Assembly (NCBI GenBank): GCA_963663235.2
Contig: CAXXNO010000009.1
Location: forward strand, 64,001-128,000
From: Dehalococcoidia bacterium
GTDB lineage: Bacteria; Chloroflexota; Dehalococcoidia; Bin125
Length of the DNA stretch: 64,000 bases
Reading direction: 5' to 3'
Shown here: one piece after another, positions 19,828 through 29,130 of the stretch
Position numbering within the stretch: the first letter of the stretch is position 1
Layout of the letters: the number at the start of each line of letters is the position of its first letter
Program-made: the position numbers and the translations under genes
Notes under the pieces: model-generated
Told to the model about the DNA's origin: nothing
The model's database searches: none
Seen by the model: the letters and a program-made list of their open reading frames with translations, nothing else

Positions 19828-21642
19828 TCAGACCTTGGAGCGATCCGCCGCCATCTTCTTGCGAAGCTTATCGGTCGCCTTCTGGTCGACCTCGTAGATC
19901 TGGCGGCGGCGGTCCTTCTCCTTGATGACCGCGCCGTACTCCTCGCGGGCCTCGGCGAGCGTGACGTAGTCGTCCTTGAGGTCCTCGATGATCAGGTCCA
20001 GCGATCGCTCCAGGGCATCGCCGTAGCCACCGCCCCCCGCCGACCAGAAGCTCATCGTCTCGCCCGCGTTCGCGGCGGCGTTGAGCGCGAAGATGCCGAT
20101 GTTGCGCTCGTTCTCCGTCTCGTGGTTGATCACCAGCCCGGCCTTGCCACCCACCTCGCCACCGAAGATGCCGGGCGGGCCGAAGCGCTCGCGGTCGCCG
20201 ATGCAGGTGATGGTGCCCGAGATCCAGGGGAACTCGACGATCTGGATCAGTCCCGTGCCGCCGCGGGTACGTCCCGCCCCACCGCCGCTGTCCTTGCACT
20301 GGTGCTTGCGCCAGAGGACGGGGTAGCGCCGCTCTTGCAGCTCCGCGGGGATGTTCATAGTGCTGGCGGAATAGGGCGAGCCGGTGACGTTGTGGCCGTC
20401 CTTGTACTTCGTGCCACCCAGACCGCCGAAGCCCCAGACGTAGTTGATGAAGGGGGCATCGAAGTCGGGCCGCGCGTCGTGTCCGGCGAACACCGTGTTG
20501 AGGATGCTGAACGGCGTGGCGGTGCCGCGCTCGGGCAGCGCCCGGCTGAGCGCGGCCATGCAAGCGCCCACCACGCACTCCATGCTGGTGGCGGCAAGGC
20601 CGGAGATCCCGACGGGCGGCTGGGCCCAAACGATGGAGCCGCGCTTGGCCTTGATCTCGATGGTGCGCATGACGCCGGTGTTCATCGGCATCGGCGGCAG
20701 CACGCCCCCGAGCCCGATGAACACGGCGGAGGTCGTGGCCGCGATGGTGCAGTTGATGGCCGACTCGGCGGCGGTGTCGCTTTCGGTGAGGTCGAAGATC
20801 GCGTGATCGCCATCGACCGTGAGGGTCAGCCTGATCGCCTTGGGCTCGCCGGTGTGGACGTCCTGGTCGATCCAGTCTTCCGACTGGTACTGACCGTCCG
20901 GCAGGCTGGTCCAGGAGGAACGGGCCAAGCGCTCGGAGTGGTTCTGGACCTCCTCCATGGTGTCCAAGACGGTCGGCAGGCCGAACTTCTCTATGAGGGC
21001 GAGGATGCGCTCCGCCCCGGCCTTGACGGCGGCCGTCTGGGCGTTGAGGTCTCCGACGCGCTCCCACGACTGCCGCATGTTGGCCAGGAGCACGGTCAGG
21101 ATGTCTTGATTCAGGACGCCTTCGCGATAGATGTGGAGGGCCGGGATCCGCACGCCCTCCTCAAAGTGGGAGCGGGCGCGGGCGTTGAGGGAGCCCGGGG
21201 CGACGCCGCCGACGTCCGACCAGTGCGCGGTGGAGGTGGTGAAGGCGATGAGCCGGCCGTCGTGGAAGACCGGGTTCACCAAGTGGATGTCGTTGCAGTG
21301 GGTGCTGGCGACGTAGGGGTCGTTGATCATGTAGATGTCGCCGGGCTTCATGTTCTCGAGGCCGATGGCCCGGACGACCTCGGGCACGGTCAAGAGCGTC
21401 AGTCCCACGAAGGCCGGGAGGTCGAACTGGCCCTGGGAGACGAGCTTGCCGTGGCGGTCGTAGACGGAGCCGGAGAAGTCCCGTCCCTCGTTCACGGGCG
21501 TGGAGTAGGCGGTCTTGGCGACCACCAAGGCCATCTCGTTGCTGACGGCCCCGAAGGCGTTGCGCAGCACTTCAAAGGTGATGGGATCGACCTTCAGATC
21601 CGCGGCGCCGGCAGGCGCCGCCTCCTGGCTCTGTTGCGACAT
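19828..21642 (-). CDS. Hydantoinase B/oxoprolinase family protein
   Basis: DPITFEVL, NDPY..THCND, HWSDVGG, EEGVRIP, GGGGYGD. Confidence 0.93.
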   Translation of the reverse strand: MSQQSQEAAPAGAADLKVDPITFEVLRNAFGAVSNEMALVVAKTAYSTPVNEGRDFSGSVYDRHGKLVSQGQFDLPAFVGLTLLTVPEVVRAIGLENMKPGDIYMINDPYVASTHCNDIHLVNPVFHDGRLIAFTTSTAHWSDVGGVAPGSLNARARSHFEEGVRIPALHIYREGVLNQDILTVLLANMRQSWERVGDLNAQTAAVKAGAERILALIEKFGLPTVLDTMEEVQNHSERLARSSWTSLPDGQYQSEDWIDQDVHTGEPKAIRLTLTVDGDHAIFDLTESDTAAESAINCTIAATTSAVFIGLGGVLPPMPMNTGVMRTIEIKAKRGSIVWAQPPVGISGLAATSMECVVGACMAALSRALPERGTATPFSILNTVFAGHDARPDFDAPFINYVWGFGGLGGTKYKDGHNVTGSPYSASTMNIPAELQERRYPVLWRKHQCKDSGGGAGRTRGGTGLIQIVEFPWISGTITCIGDRERFGPPGIFGGEVGGKAGLVINHETENERNIGIFALNAAANAGETMSFWSAGGGGYGDALERSLDLIIEDLKDDYVTLAEAREEYGAVIKEKDRRRQIYEVDQKATDKLRKKMAADRSKV

Positions 21643-21762
21643 GCATGCCCCTTCCCTCGATGCGCGGCTATCGGCGCCAGGCTAGCACCGGAGCCCGAGC
21701 GGGGCCACGCTCGTACCGGGTTGCGGGACGGGCTAGCATAGCGAGCGCGGAAAGGACGACCC

Positions 21763-22671
21763 ATGGCATCTCCCCAACTGCAAGAAATGGTCCAGAAGAT
21801 GCGAGCCGCGCCCGTGCTGGACCCCAGCATGAGCGTGGCCGAGCTGCGCGCGGCCTACAACGCCGTCACCTACCCGATGCCGCCGAACACGACCCTGACG
21901 CCCGTGAACGTGAAGGGTGTCTCGGCCGAGTGGGCCGTGGCGGAGGGGGCCGACCCGACGCGCCGCGTGCTCTATTTTCACGGCGGCGGCTACGTCATCG
22001 GCAACGTGGTGACGCACCGCGACCTGGCGGCCGCGATCTCCCACGCCAGCGGCTGCGCGGCGCTGAACGTGGACTACCGGCTGGGGCCCGAGCATCGGTT
22101 CCCGGCCGCCGTCGATGACGCTGTGGCCGCCTATCGCTGGATGCGCGCGAACGGACCCGACGGCGCCTCGCCGGCCGCCGCCACCTTCATCCTGGGAGAC
22201 TCCGCGGGCGGCGGCCTGACGCTGGCCATGATGCTGGCCCTCCGCGACACGGGCGCTCCCCTGCCCGACGCGGCGGTCACCATCTCCGCCTGGACCGACC
22301 TGGCCAACAGCGGCGACGCGATCAAAGGCCGCGCCGAGGCCGATCCTCGACTGAGCCTGGAGATGCTGGAATCGATGGCGTCGAACTACCTAGGCGACAC
22401 GGACCCGAAGACGCCGCTGGCGTCGCCGCTGTACGCGGACGCGACCGGGCTGCCACCGCTCCTCATGCAGGTGGGCGACGCGGAGATCGTGCTGGACGAC
22501 ACGACGCGGTTCGCGGCCAAGGCGCGCGCCGCCGGCGTCGACGTGACGGAAGAGGTGTGGCCGGAGATGTTCCACGTCTGGCAGCACCAGTGGGCGGCGC
22601 TGCCGGAAGGGCAGGAGGCGGTCGACCGGATCGGGGCGTACCTCAAGGAGCACGTGCCCGCGACGGGCTAG
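21763..22671 (+). CDS. HSL/Aes-family alpha/beta hydrolase (esterase)
   Basis: HGGGY, DYRLGPEH, GDSAGG, MFHVW. Confidence 0.93.
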   Translation: MASPQLQEMVQKMRAAPVLDPSMSVAELRAAYNAVTYPMPPNTTLTPVNVKGVSAEWAVAEGADPTRRVLYFHGGGYVIGNVVTHRDLAAAISHASGCAALNVDYRLGPEHRFPAAVDDAVAAYRWMRANGPDGASPAAATFILGDSAGGGLTLAMMLALRDTGAPLPDAAVTISAWTDLANSGDAIKGRAEADPRLSLEMLESMASNYLGDTDPKTPLASPLYADATGLPPLLMQVGDAEIVLDDTTRFAAKARAAGVDVTEEVWPEMFHVWQHQWAALPEGQEAVDRIGAYLKEHVPATG

Positions 22672-22697
22672 CCGCGCTGCGGCGGAAGGAGAGTCCC

Positions 22698-23276
22698 ATG
22701 TCAGAGCCTCGGCTTGTCCCCGGGGACGCCCTGCTGATCGTCGATATGCAGAACGACTTCTTACCCGGCGGCCTGTTGCCCCTGGAGAGCGGCCTGGAGG
22801 TGATCCCCGTCCTCAACCGCTGGATCGAAGCCGCCAGCAAGGCGGGTTACCCCATCTTCGCATCGCGCGACTGGCATGCGGCGAGCCACGTCAGCTTCGT
22901 GGAGCGCGGCGGGCCCTGGCCGGTGCACTGCCTGATGAACACGCCGGGCGCCGAGATCAGCCCGGACCTGAAGTTGCCGCCGGACGCAGTCATCATCGAC
23001 AAGGGAAGCGAGCCGGACAAAGAGGCGTACTCGGCGTTCGACGGCACGGAGTTGGGCGAGCATCTGCGGCGCGGGGGCGTGAGGCGGCTGTGGGTTGGGG
23101 GGGTGGCGCTGGACTATTGCGTGCGCGCCAGCGTGCTGGACGGGGTGAAGTTGGGAGCCTTCGAGGTGCACCTCATCCTCGACGCCACCCGCGCGGCCGA
23201 CGTGGAGCCGGGAGACGGCGAGCGTGCGGTGGAGGAGATGCGGACGGCCGGGGCGCTCATCGAGGAAGTGGCCTGA
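22698..23276 (+). CDS. pncA: Nicotinamidase/pyrazinamidase
   Basis: VDMQNDF, DWH, WPVHC, YSAF, GVALDYCV; adjacent to pncB. Confidence 0.92.
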   Translation: MSEPRLVPGDALLIVDMQNDFLPGGLLPLESGLEVIPVLNRWIEAASKAGYPIFASRDWHAASHVSFVERGGPWPVHCLMNTPGAEISPDLKLPPDAVIIDKGSEPDKEAYSAFDGTELGEHLRRGGVRRLWVGGVALDYCVRASVLDGVKLGAFEVHLILDATRAADVEPGDGERAVEEMRTAGALIEEVA

Positions 23277-23278
23277 CG

Positions 23279-24658
23279 ATGAGCGAGGGCGTGTCGCCGC
23301 GCCGCGCGTGGGTCACGGACGCCAACGCCGCCCTCCTGACCGACCTCTACCAACTCAAGATGCTCCAGGCCTACCTGCGCGAGGGCCTGGTGGAGACCGC
23401 CGTCTTCGACCTGTTCGCGCGCCGGCTCCCGCGGCAGCGCAACTACCTGGTCGCGGCCGGGCTGGACGACGCCCTGCACTACCTGGAGACGATGACGTTC
23501 TCCGCGGAAGCGCTGGAGTATATCGCCTCGCTGCCGCAGTTCTCGCGCGAGTTCGTCGATTACCTGGCCACGTTCCGCTTCCGCGGCGACGTGTACGCGG
23601 CGCCGGAGGGCACGGTGGTGTTCGCGGAGGAGCCCATCATCGAAGTCGTTGCACCCGTCCATGAGGCGCAACTGGTGGAGAGCTTCCTGCTCAACCAGAT
23701 CCACTTCCAGACCGTGGTGGCCTCCAAGGCGGCCAGGGTAGTGAGCGCCGCCGGCGGCCGGCCCGTCATCGAGTTCGGCCTGCGGCGGCTGCACGGCACC
23801 GACGCCGGGATGAAGGCCGCGCGGGCCGCTTACATCGCCGGCGTCGCGGCCACATCCAACGTGCTGGCCGCGCAGGTCTACGGCATCGAGCCCAGCGGCA
23901 CCATGGCGCACTCCTACATCGAGGCGCACGAGGACGAATACAGCGCCTTCCGCGAGTACGTGGCCCTGTACCCGGAGACCGTGCTCCTGGTCGACACCTA
24001 CGACACGCTCCACAGCGTCCGCGAGGTGGTGCGACTGGCGCGCGAGCTGGGGCCGGAGTTCCGGGTGAGCGCGATCCGCCTCGACTCGGGGGACATCGCG
24101 ACCCTGGCGAAGGATGCGCGCCAGATCCTGGACGAGGGCGGACTCCCGCAGGTGGAGATCTTCGTGAGCGGCAGCCTGGACGAGTACATCGTGGCGGAGC
24201 TGCTGGAGAAAGGCGCGCCGATCGACGCCTTCGCCGTGGGCACGCACATGGGCATCTCCGCGGACGCGCCCTACGTCGACAGCGCCTACAAGCTGGTCGC
24301 GTACGGCGGGCGCGGGCGGATGAAGCTCTCGACGGGCAAGACGATCTTGCCGGGACGGAAGCAAGTGTTTCGCACGGGCGAAGGCAGCGACGACGCGCAC
24401 GACGTCATCGCGCTACACGAGGAAACGCTGCCGGGCCGTCCGCTGCTGCTGCCGGTGATGCGCGGGGGAAAGCGGCTCCCGGCGGGGCGGGCCACGCTAT
24501 CCGAGGCGCGCGATTTCGCCCGCGACGAGCTGGCGCGCCTGCCCGCGCGGTTGCACAGCCTGGCGCCCGCGGATCCGGCCTATCGGGTCGAGATCAGTCC
24601 CGCTCTCGGCGCCGAGCGCGACCGCATCCGCCAGGACATCGAACGAGCGATAGGATAG
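23279..24658 (+). CDS. pncB: Nicotinate phosphoribosyltransferase
   Basis: LLTDLYQ, EFGLRR, GTMAHSY, LVDTYD, IRLDSGD. Confidence 0.95.
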   Translation: MSEGVSPRRAWVTDANAALLTDLYQLKMLQAYLREGLVETAVFDLFARRLPRQRNYLVAAGLDDALHYLETMTFSAEALEYIASLPQFSREFVDYLATFRFRGDVYAAPEGTVVFAEEPIIEVVAPVHEAQLVESFLLNQIHFQTVVASKAARVVSAAGGRPVIEFGLRRLHGTDAGMKAARAAYIAGVAATSNVLAAQVYGIEPSGTMAHSYIEAHEDEYSAFREYVALYPETVLLVDTYDTLHSVREVVRLARELGPEFRVSAIRLDSGDIATLAKDARQILDEGGLPQVEIFVSGSLDEYIVAELLEKGAPIDAFAVGTHMGISADAPYVDSAYKLVAYGGRGRMKLSTGKTILPGRKQVFRTGEGSDDAHDVIALHEETLPGRPLLLPVMRGGKRLPAGRATLSEARDFARDELARLPARLHSLAPADPAYRVEISPALGAERDRIRQDIERAIG

Positions 24659-24678
24659 CCGCCCAGCGCGCTCACGGA

Positions 24679-25746
24679 TCAGCTGAGGGCGCCCCCGCAG
24701 CTGGAGCCCGCCCCCGCGGTGCAGCCGAAGCAGTGCGGCCCCACCGTGATCCGCCGGGCCGCGGCGGCGGCGAGATCGACGTCGAAAATTGTCTGGGGGG
24801 CGTCGTCCGCGCAAGCGATCTCCAGCATCTGGTTGAAGTCGCAGTCGTAGAGACGGCCGTCCCAGCCGACGGACAGCGTGGAGCGACACATCAAAGCGGG
24901 AACCGTGGCCGGATTGAACGACGCGACCAGGAGATGCAAGTAGTCCTCCAGGTTGCCGGAATCGTGGAGGTACTCCAGGAAGCGGCCGATCGGCATGTTG
25001 GTCAGCGTGTAGAGATCGTTGAAGGCGATGCCGTAGCGGCGATCCAACTCGCGCCGCCAGTCGCGCGCGGCCGCGGCCTGGTCCGGCGGGAGGAAGGCGC
25101 CCACCGGGTTGAGCACGAGATTCAGCACCAAGCCGCTGCCCTCGCGCCCGTACCCGAGCGCGTTCAGCCGTCGCAGGGCTGTGATACTGGCGTCGAAGAC
25201 ACCGGCGCCGCGCTGGGCGTCGGTCTGCTGTGCGAGGTAATACGGCAGCGAGGCCACCACCTCGACCTCTCGATCCGCCAGAAAGGCGGGGAGGTCGTCG
25301 TAGTTGGGCAACAGCAGAGCGGTGAGGTTGGCGCGATCGATGACGTGGCGCCCCAGGCCGCGCGCCCGCTCCACGATCTCCCGAAACTGCGGATGCAACT
25401 CCGGCGCCCCGCCGGTAATGTCCAGCGTCGGGATGTCGCTGCGGGCCAGGAGGTCCAAGCAGGCATCGACGACGTCGGAGGGCATCACCTCCGGCCGGTC
25501 CGGACCGGCATCGACATGGCAGTGACGGCAGGTCTGGTTACAGCGCTTGCCGACGTTGACCTGGAGCACGTCGATCGTCACCGCGCGGAGCGGGCCGTCG
25601 CCCGCGCGCGCGACGGCCTGGGCAAACGACCCCGCGATCGGGATCGCGTCCAGCGCCCGGCGCTGCACCGCGACGTCCGCGAGAGCGTGGCCGCGCCTAC
25701 GCAGCGATCCCGTCAGGGCCTGCGTGGCAGTGGGTGCGCCCGTCAC
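24679..25746 (-). CDS. arsS: Arsenosugar biosynthesis-type radical SAM protein (ArsS/DUF3641 family)
   Basis: CNQTCRHCHVDAGP, LDITGGAPE, NMPIGRF, YDCDFNQML, HCFGCTAGAGSSCGG. Confidence 0.88.
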   Translation of the reverse strand: MTGAPTATQALTGSLRRRGHALADVAVQRRALDAIPIAGSFAQAVARAGDGPLRAVTIDVLQVNVGKRCNQTCRHCHVDAGPDRPEVMPSDVVDACLDLLARSDIPTLDITGGAPELHPQFREIVERARGLGRHVIDRANLTALLLPNYDDLPAFLADREVEVVASLPYYLAQQTDAQRGAGVFDASITALRRLNALGYGREGSGLVLNLVLNPVGAFLPPDQAAAARDWRRELDRRYGIAFNDLYTLTNMPIGRFLEYLHDSGNLEDYLHLLVASFNPATVPALMCRSTLSVGWDGRLYDCDFNQMLEIACADDAPQTIFDVDLAAAAARRITVGPHCFGCTAGAGSSCGGALS

Positions 25747-26084
25747 ATCGACAGTTTCGCGACGTGGTCACGCATCTGGACGCCGTGCACCAGCGTCGAG
25801 CCGCCGGTGATCGCGGAGGCGACGTGCACCGCCTCGGTCATCTGCGCGATGTTGGAGCCCTTCTCCAAGGACGCCTGACTGTAAGCGTCGATGCAGTAGG
25901 GGCATTGCACCGCGTGCGCCACGCCCAAGGCGATGAGAGCCTTCTCGCGCGCGCTGAGAGCGCCCTCCTCGAACACGGCGCCGTACCAGGCGGAAAACTT
26001 TTCCCACAGATCGGGCGCCTCTTCCCCCATCTGCGCGAATTGCCCCAGCCCGTCCCGGCTGTAGTACGGGTGCTCGTTCGCCAT
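25743..26084 (-). CDS. ArsS-associated peroxidase-like CMD/AhpD family protein
   Basis: REKALIALGVAHAVQCPYCIDAY, TLVHGVQM; GTGA overlap with arsS. Confidence 0.88.
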   Translation of the reverse strand: MANEHPYYSRDGLGQFAQMGEEAPDLWEKFSAWYGAVFEEGALSAREKALIALGVAHAVQCPYCIDAYSQASLEKGSNIAQMTEAVHVASAITGGSTLVHGVQMRDHVAKLSM

Positions 26085-26138
26085 CGCATGCCTCCTCCCA
26101 GCCACCGCCCGTGGATCGGCGCGGCCCGCCGGGAGATA

Positions 26139-27371
26139 TTACGCCTCAGCCTGCATGCCAGATCGCTGCGCCTCCCGGCCGCCGCCAGCGAGCGGCCAGG
26201 GCTCCACGGCCAGCGGATCCTCCGCCGCGGCGTCGCGCACGCGCAGGGCAACGCCCCCGCTGAGCGTCTTCTCCAGCAGATCGCCGCACAACTCCGCGCG
26301 CCAGCCCTGCAGCAAGGAGGGCATCGCCTCCGTCTTGGCGTCCGCCAGGCGCCAGGCGACGAGATCGCGCAAGGCGTGCGCGCTGCCCACCAAACCGGCA
26401 TCGACCTGCCGCTCGGCGCAAAGGGACTCCAGCACCGCCTCCAGCAAGAGCCCCAGCATGCGGCTCTGGGGCGGCGGCCGCCCGGGGCGGCGGCGGGCCG
26501 GCAGCTCCGACTCCGGCAGCCGCAGCGCCCGCTCGACGGCGGCCAGCAGGGCCTCCACGTCCCGGGCGCGGATACGCTCCGTGCCGCGCAGGCGTCGCAG
26601 ATCCTCGGGCGCGCGGGGCAGGGCCTGGGCGATTGCCGTGATGAGGTGGTCCGGCAGCACCCAGCCGCGCGGCAGGTCTCGGCTCTGCGCCGTCGTTTCG
26701 CGCCACTCTCCAATCTCCCGCACCACCGCGAGCGCCCGACGGCCGAAACCCTGGCTGCCGCCGACTCGCTCCCAGCGTGGCGCGCTCAAGTCCTTCTGCA
26801 CCGCTGCGAGGCGGCGCTCGGTCTCCTCCGTCAGCCAGCCGTCTCGCTTGAGCCGCGCAAGCCGCTCCCGCAGTCGCTCCCAGAGGGGGATGAGGTAGCG
26901 CACGTCTTCCAGGGCGTAAGACAGTTGCGCGTCCGCCAAGGGACGGCGCAGCCAATCGGTGCGCGCCTGCCCCTGCCGGGGACGGGCACGGACGACGCGC
27001 TCCACCAGGTTGGCGTAGGAAAGTGGATAGCGCTCACCAAGCAGGCCCGCGGCCAGTTGCACATCGAAGAGAGCGCCGGGCAGCGCGCCGGCGGCCGCCA
27101 GGCAGAAGCGGGTCTCCTGCTCACCGGCGTGCACCACGGTCGTGACCGTGGGATCGGCGACTAAGCGCCAGAGCGCGCTCAGGTCCGGCACGGCCAGCGG
27201 GTCGATGGCGACGATCCGCTCCGCGGTCGCCACCTGCACCAGGCCCAGTTGCGGGTGGTAGGTCCGCTCGGAGACGAACTCCGTGTCCAGAGCGAACAAC
27301 CCGGCGCGCGCGATGTCATCGCAGAGCCGGGAGACCGAGGCGGGATCGTCCAGGAGGGACAGATCGGTCAC
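26139..27371 (-). CDS. rnd: Ribonuclease D
   Basis: ALDTEFVSERTY, LFDVQLAAG, TDWLRRPL..QLSYALEDV, HRDC-like region. Confidence 0.9.
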   Translation of the reverse strand: MTDLSLLDDPASVSRLCDDIARAGLFALDTEFVSERTYHPQLGLVQVATAERIVAIDPLAVPDLSALWRLVADPTVTTVVHAGEQETRFCLAAAGALPGALFDVQLAAGLLGERYPLSYANLVERVVRARPRQGQARTDWLRRPLADAQLSYALEDVRYLIPLWERLRERLARLKRDGWLTEETERRLAAVQKDLSAPRWERVGGSQGFGRRALAVVREIGEWRETTAQSRDLPRGWVLPDHLITAIAQALPRAPEDLRRLRGTERIRARDVEALLAAVERALRLPESELPARRRPGRPPPQSRMLGLLLEAVLESLCAERQVDAGLVGSAHALRDLVAWRLADAKTEAMPSLLQGWRAELCGDLLEKTLSGGVALRVRDAAAEDPLAVEPWPLAGGGREAQRSGMQAEA

Positions 27372-27466
27372 ACGTCCATGCTAGCGCCGGTTCATCCAGC
27401 GCACGACGCGTGTCGGCCCGGCGCATCCCCATCGACGGTTCCGGCGGCGGCTGTGTGGGGGAAACG

Positions 27467-27521
27467 ACCTCACCCCCTCACCCCCTCACCCCCTCTCCAT
27501 CGGCAAGCGATGGAGAGGGGG
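27467..27521 (+). repeat. REP-like element, copy 1
   Basis: ACCTCACCCCC... then CCCCCTCTCCATCG-GCAAG-CGATGGAGAGGGGG. Confidence 0.9.
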
Positions 27522-27630
27522 GACCGGAATGCCTGCGCCCGCCGCTGGTCAAGCTGGAGAACGTGCTGTGACGGAGCGCCGACCCGGGGTGCTGCTTTTG
27601 GAGAACGGCGGCGGCTCTGTGGGGGAAACG

Positions 27631-27677
27631 ACCTCACCCCCTCACCCCCTCTCCATCGGCAAGCGATGGAGAGGGGG
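27631..27677 (+). repeat. REP-like element, copy 2
   Basis: Same 14-bp perfect stem, GCAAG loop. Confidence 0.9.
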
Positions 27678-27810
27678 GACCGGAATGCCTGCGCCCGCCG
27701 CTGGCCAAGCTAGAGAACGTGCTGTGACGGAACGTCGACCCGGCGTGCTGCTTTTGGAGGACGGCGGCGGCTGTGTGGTACGGTGAGAGCCGCTGCCGCC
27801 GGAGGGCAAG

Positions 27811-27927
27811 ATGAAAGTCCGTGCCTCGATCAAAAAGCGATCCAAGGACGACAAGATCGTCCGGCGTAAGGGTCGCGTGTACATCATCAACAAGAAGAAT
27901 CCCCGCAACAAGCAGCGACAGGGCTAG
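27811..27927 (+). CDS. rpmJ: 50S ribosomal protein L36, cysteine-free (zinc-independent) form
   Basis: GGAGG RBS; [38 protein letters not shown]; too short for the ORF track. Confidence 0.95.
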   Translation: MKVRASIKKRSKDDKIVRRKGRVYIINKKNPRNKQRQG

Positions 27928-27948
27928 CGTCCCAACGGCCGACAAGGG

Positions 27949-28887
27949 ATGAACCCAACCCGCCACGCCCTGCTCTGGCTCGCGGCCAAGCCGGCCGTCG
28001 GAAGCTGGCTGGAGCGGAGCCCGCTGTGCGAGCGGCTCATCCGCCGCTTCGTCGCCGGCCGAACCAGCGCCGAAGCCCTCGCCGCGGCCGCTCCCTTGGT
28101 CGCGCAGGGATACGGGGTCACCTTTTCCTACCTCGGTGAAGACGTAGCGACCGAGGCAGAGGCCGAGGAAGCGGTCGAGGAGTATCTGGCCCTGATCGCC
28201 GCGGTCGGCGCAGCCAGCGTCGCGAAGAGGACGAAGATCGCGGTGAAGCCGTCGCTGATCGGGCTCCAGCTCGCGCCGGCCGCCGCGTTGCGCAACCTCG
28301 AGCGCATCCTCGTGGCGACGGCCCAGCATGAAATGTCCGTGGAGCTGGACATGGAGCGCTCGGCCTTCGTGGATAGCACGCTGACGTTGTACCGCGCCGC
28401 GCGCGAGCATCACGCGACCCTCGGTGTTGCGTTGCAGGCTTCCCTGCGCCGCACGGAGGCCGACCTGCAGGCGCTCCTGGACGAACAGATCGCGAACGTG
28501 CGCCTGGTCAAGGGGGCCTACGATGAGCCCGCGAGCGTGGCGTATCGCTCGCGGGCGGCGATCGAGCGGGCCTACCAGCGCCTCCTACGCGCCATGCTCT
28601 CGTCCCAAGGCACCTCGGCGGGGGCGTTCACGGCGGTCGCCACGCACGACCTGCGGCTCATCGCGACCGCGCGCACGCTCTCGTTTCGGCAGCGGATCGC
28701 GCCGGACCGCTGGGAGGTGCAGATGCTGTACGGCGTGCGGCGTCCGCTGCAAGAGCGCCTGCGGCGCGACGGCTACCCCATGCGAGTCTACCTCCCCTAC
28801 GGGGAGCGCTGGTACCCCTACTTCGTCCGCCGGTTGGCGGAGCGCCCCGCCAACCTCTGGTTCGCGCTGCGGCAGCTGTTGCCCTAG
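27949..28887 (+). CDS. Proline dehydrogenase (monofunctional family)
   Basis: RRFVAG, LDME, VRLVKGAYDEP, VATHD, QMLYGVR, YFVRRLAERPAN. Confidence 0.92.
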   Translation: MNPTRHALLWLAAKPAVGSWLERSPLCERLIRRFVAGRTSAEALAAAAPLVAQGYGVTFSYLGEDVATEAEAEEAVEEYLALIAAVGAASVAKRTKIAVKPSLIGLQLAPAAALRNLERILVATAQHEMSVELDMERSAFVDSTLTLYRAAREHHATLGVALQASLRRTEADLQALLDEQIANVRLVKGAYDEPASVAYRSRAAIERAYQRLLRAMLSSQGTSAGAFTAVATHDLRLIATARTLSFRQRIAPDRWEVQMLYGVRRPLQERLRRDGYPMRVYLPYGERWYPYFVRRLAERPANLWFALRQLLP

Positions 28888-29130
28888 CGCCCTGCCATAA
28901 CGCCCGGGACGCGCCCCGCCCTCAGGGAAATCCCGGAGACCGCAGGGGTCGTAGTGGAGCGTGGTCGCCGTGATGGGGCCATTTACCGATGCGCCGGCAC
29001 CGCGTCCCGCACCTACGCTGAACTCCAGTGCAAGAGAACGGCGGCCCGCGCATCGCGAAGAGCGCGGGTCCCGGTCACGACATCGAGTCCGGCCAGGCCG
29101 GCGGACCGGCAGCAGAAAAGGAGCAGTGGG

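Larger units (their letters stand above)
27442..27777 (+). repeat. Tandem array (164 bp + 156 bp + partial third unit) of a REP hairpin plus carA 5'-end cassette
   Basis: Units start at 27442, 27606 and 27762. Each matches 36290-36345 joined to 36410-36512, including GTGACGGAGCGCCG...TTGGAGGACGGCGG (carA start). Confidence 0.9.

Noticed and set aside
24679-25746. ArsS as a selenoprotein
   Set aside because: No in-frame TGA; all motif positions are Cys.
27442-27777. Possible CRISPR array (hairpin repeats at regular spacing); also considered for 31905-32008 and 50399-50492
   Set aside because: The intervening sequences are near-identical or absent rather than unique spacers, and there are no cas genes in the window.
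28888-29130. c-di-GMP riboswitch upstream of cheW
   Set aside because: The GGGAAATCCC segment lacks the GGCAAA..GAAA..GACGCAAA architecture of the class I motif.
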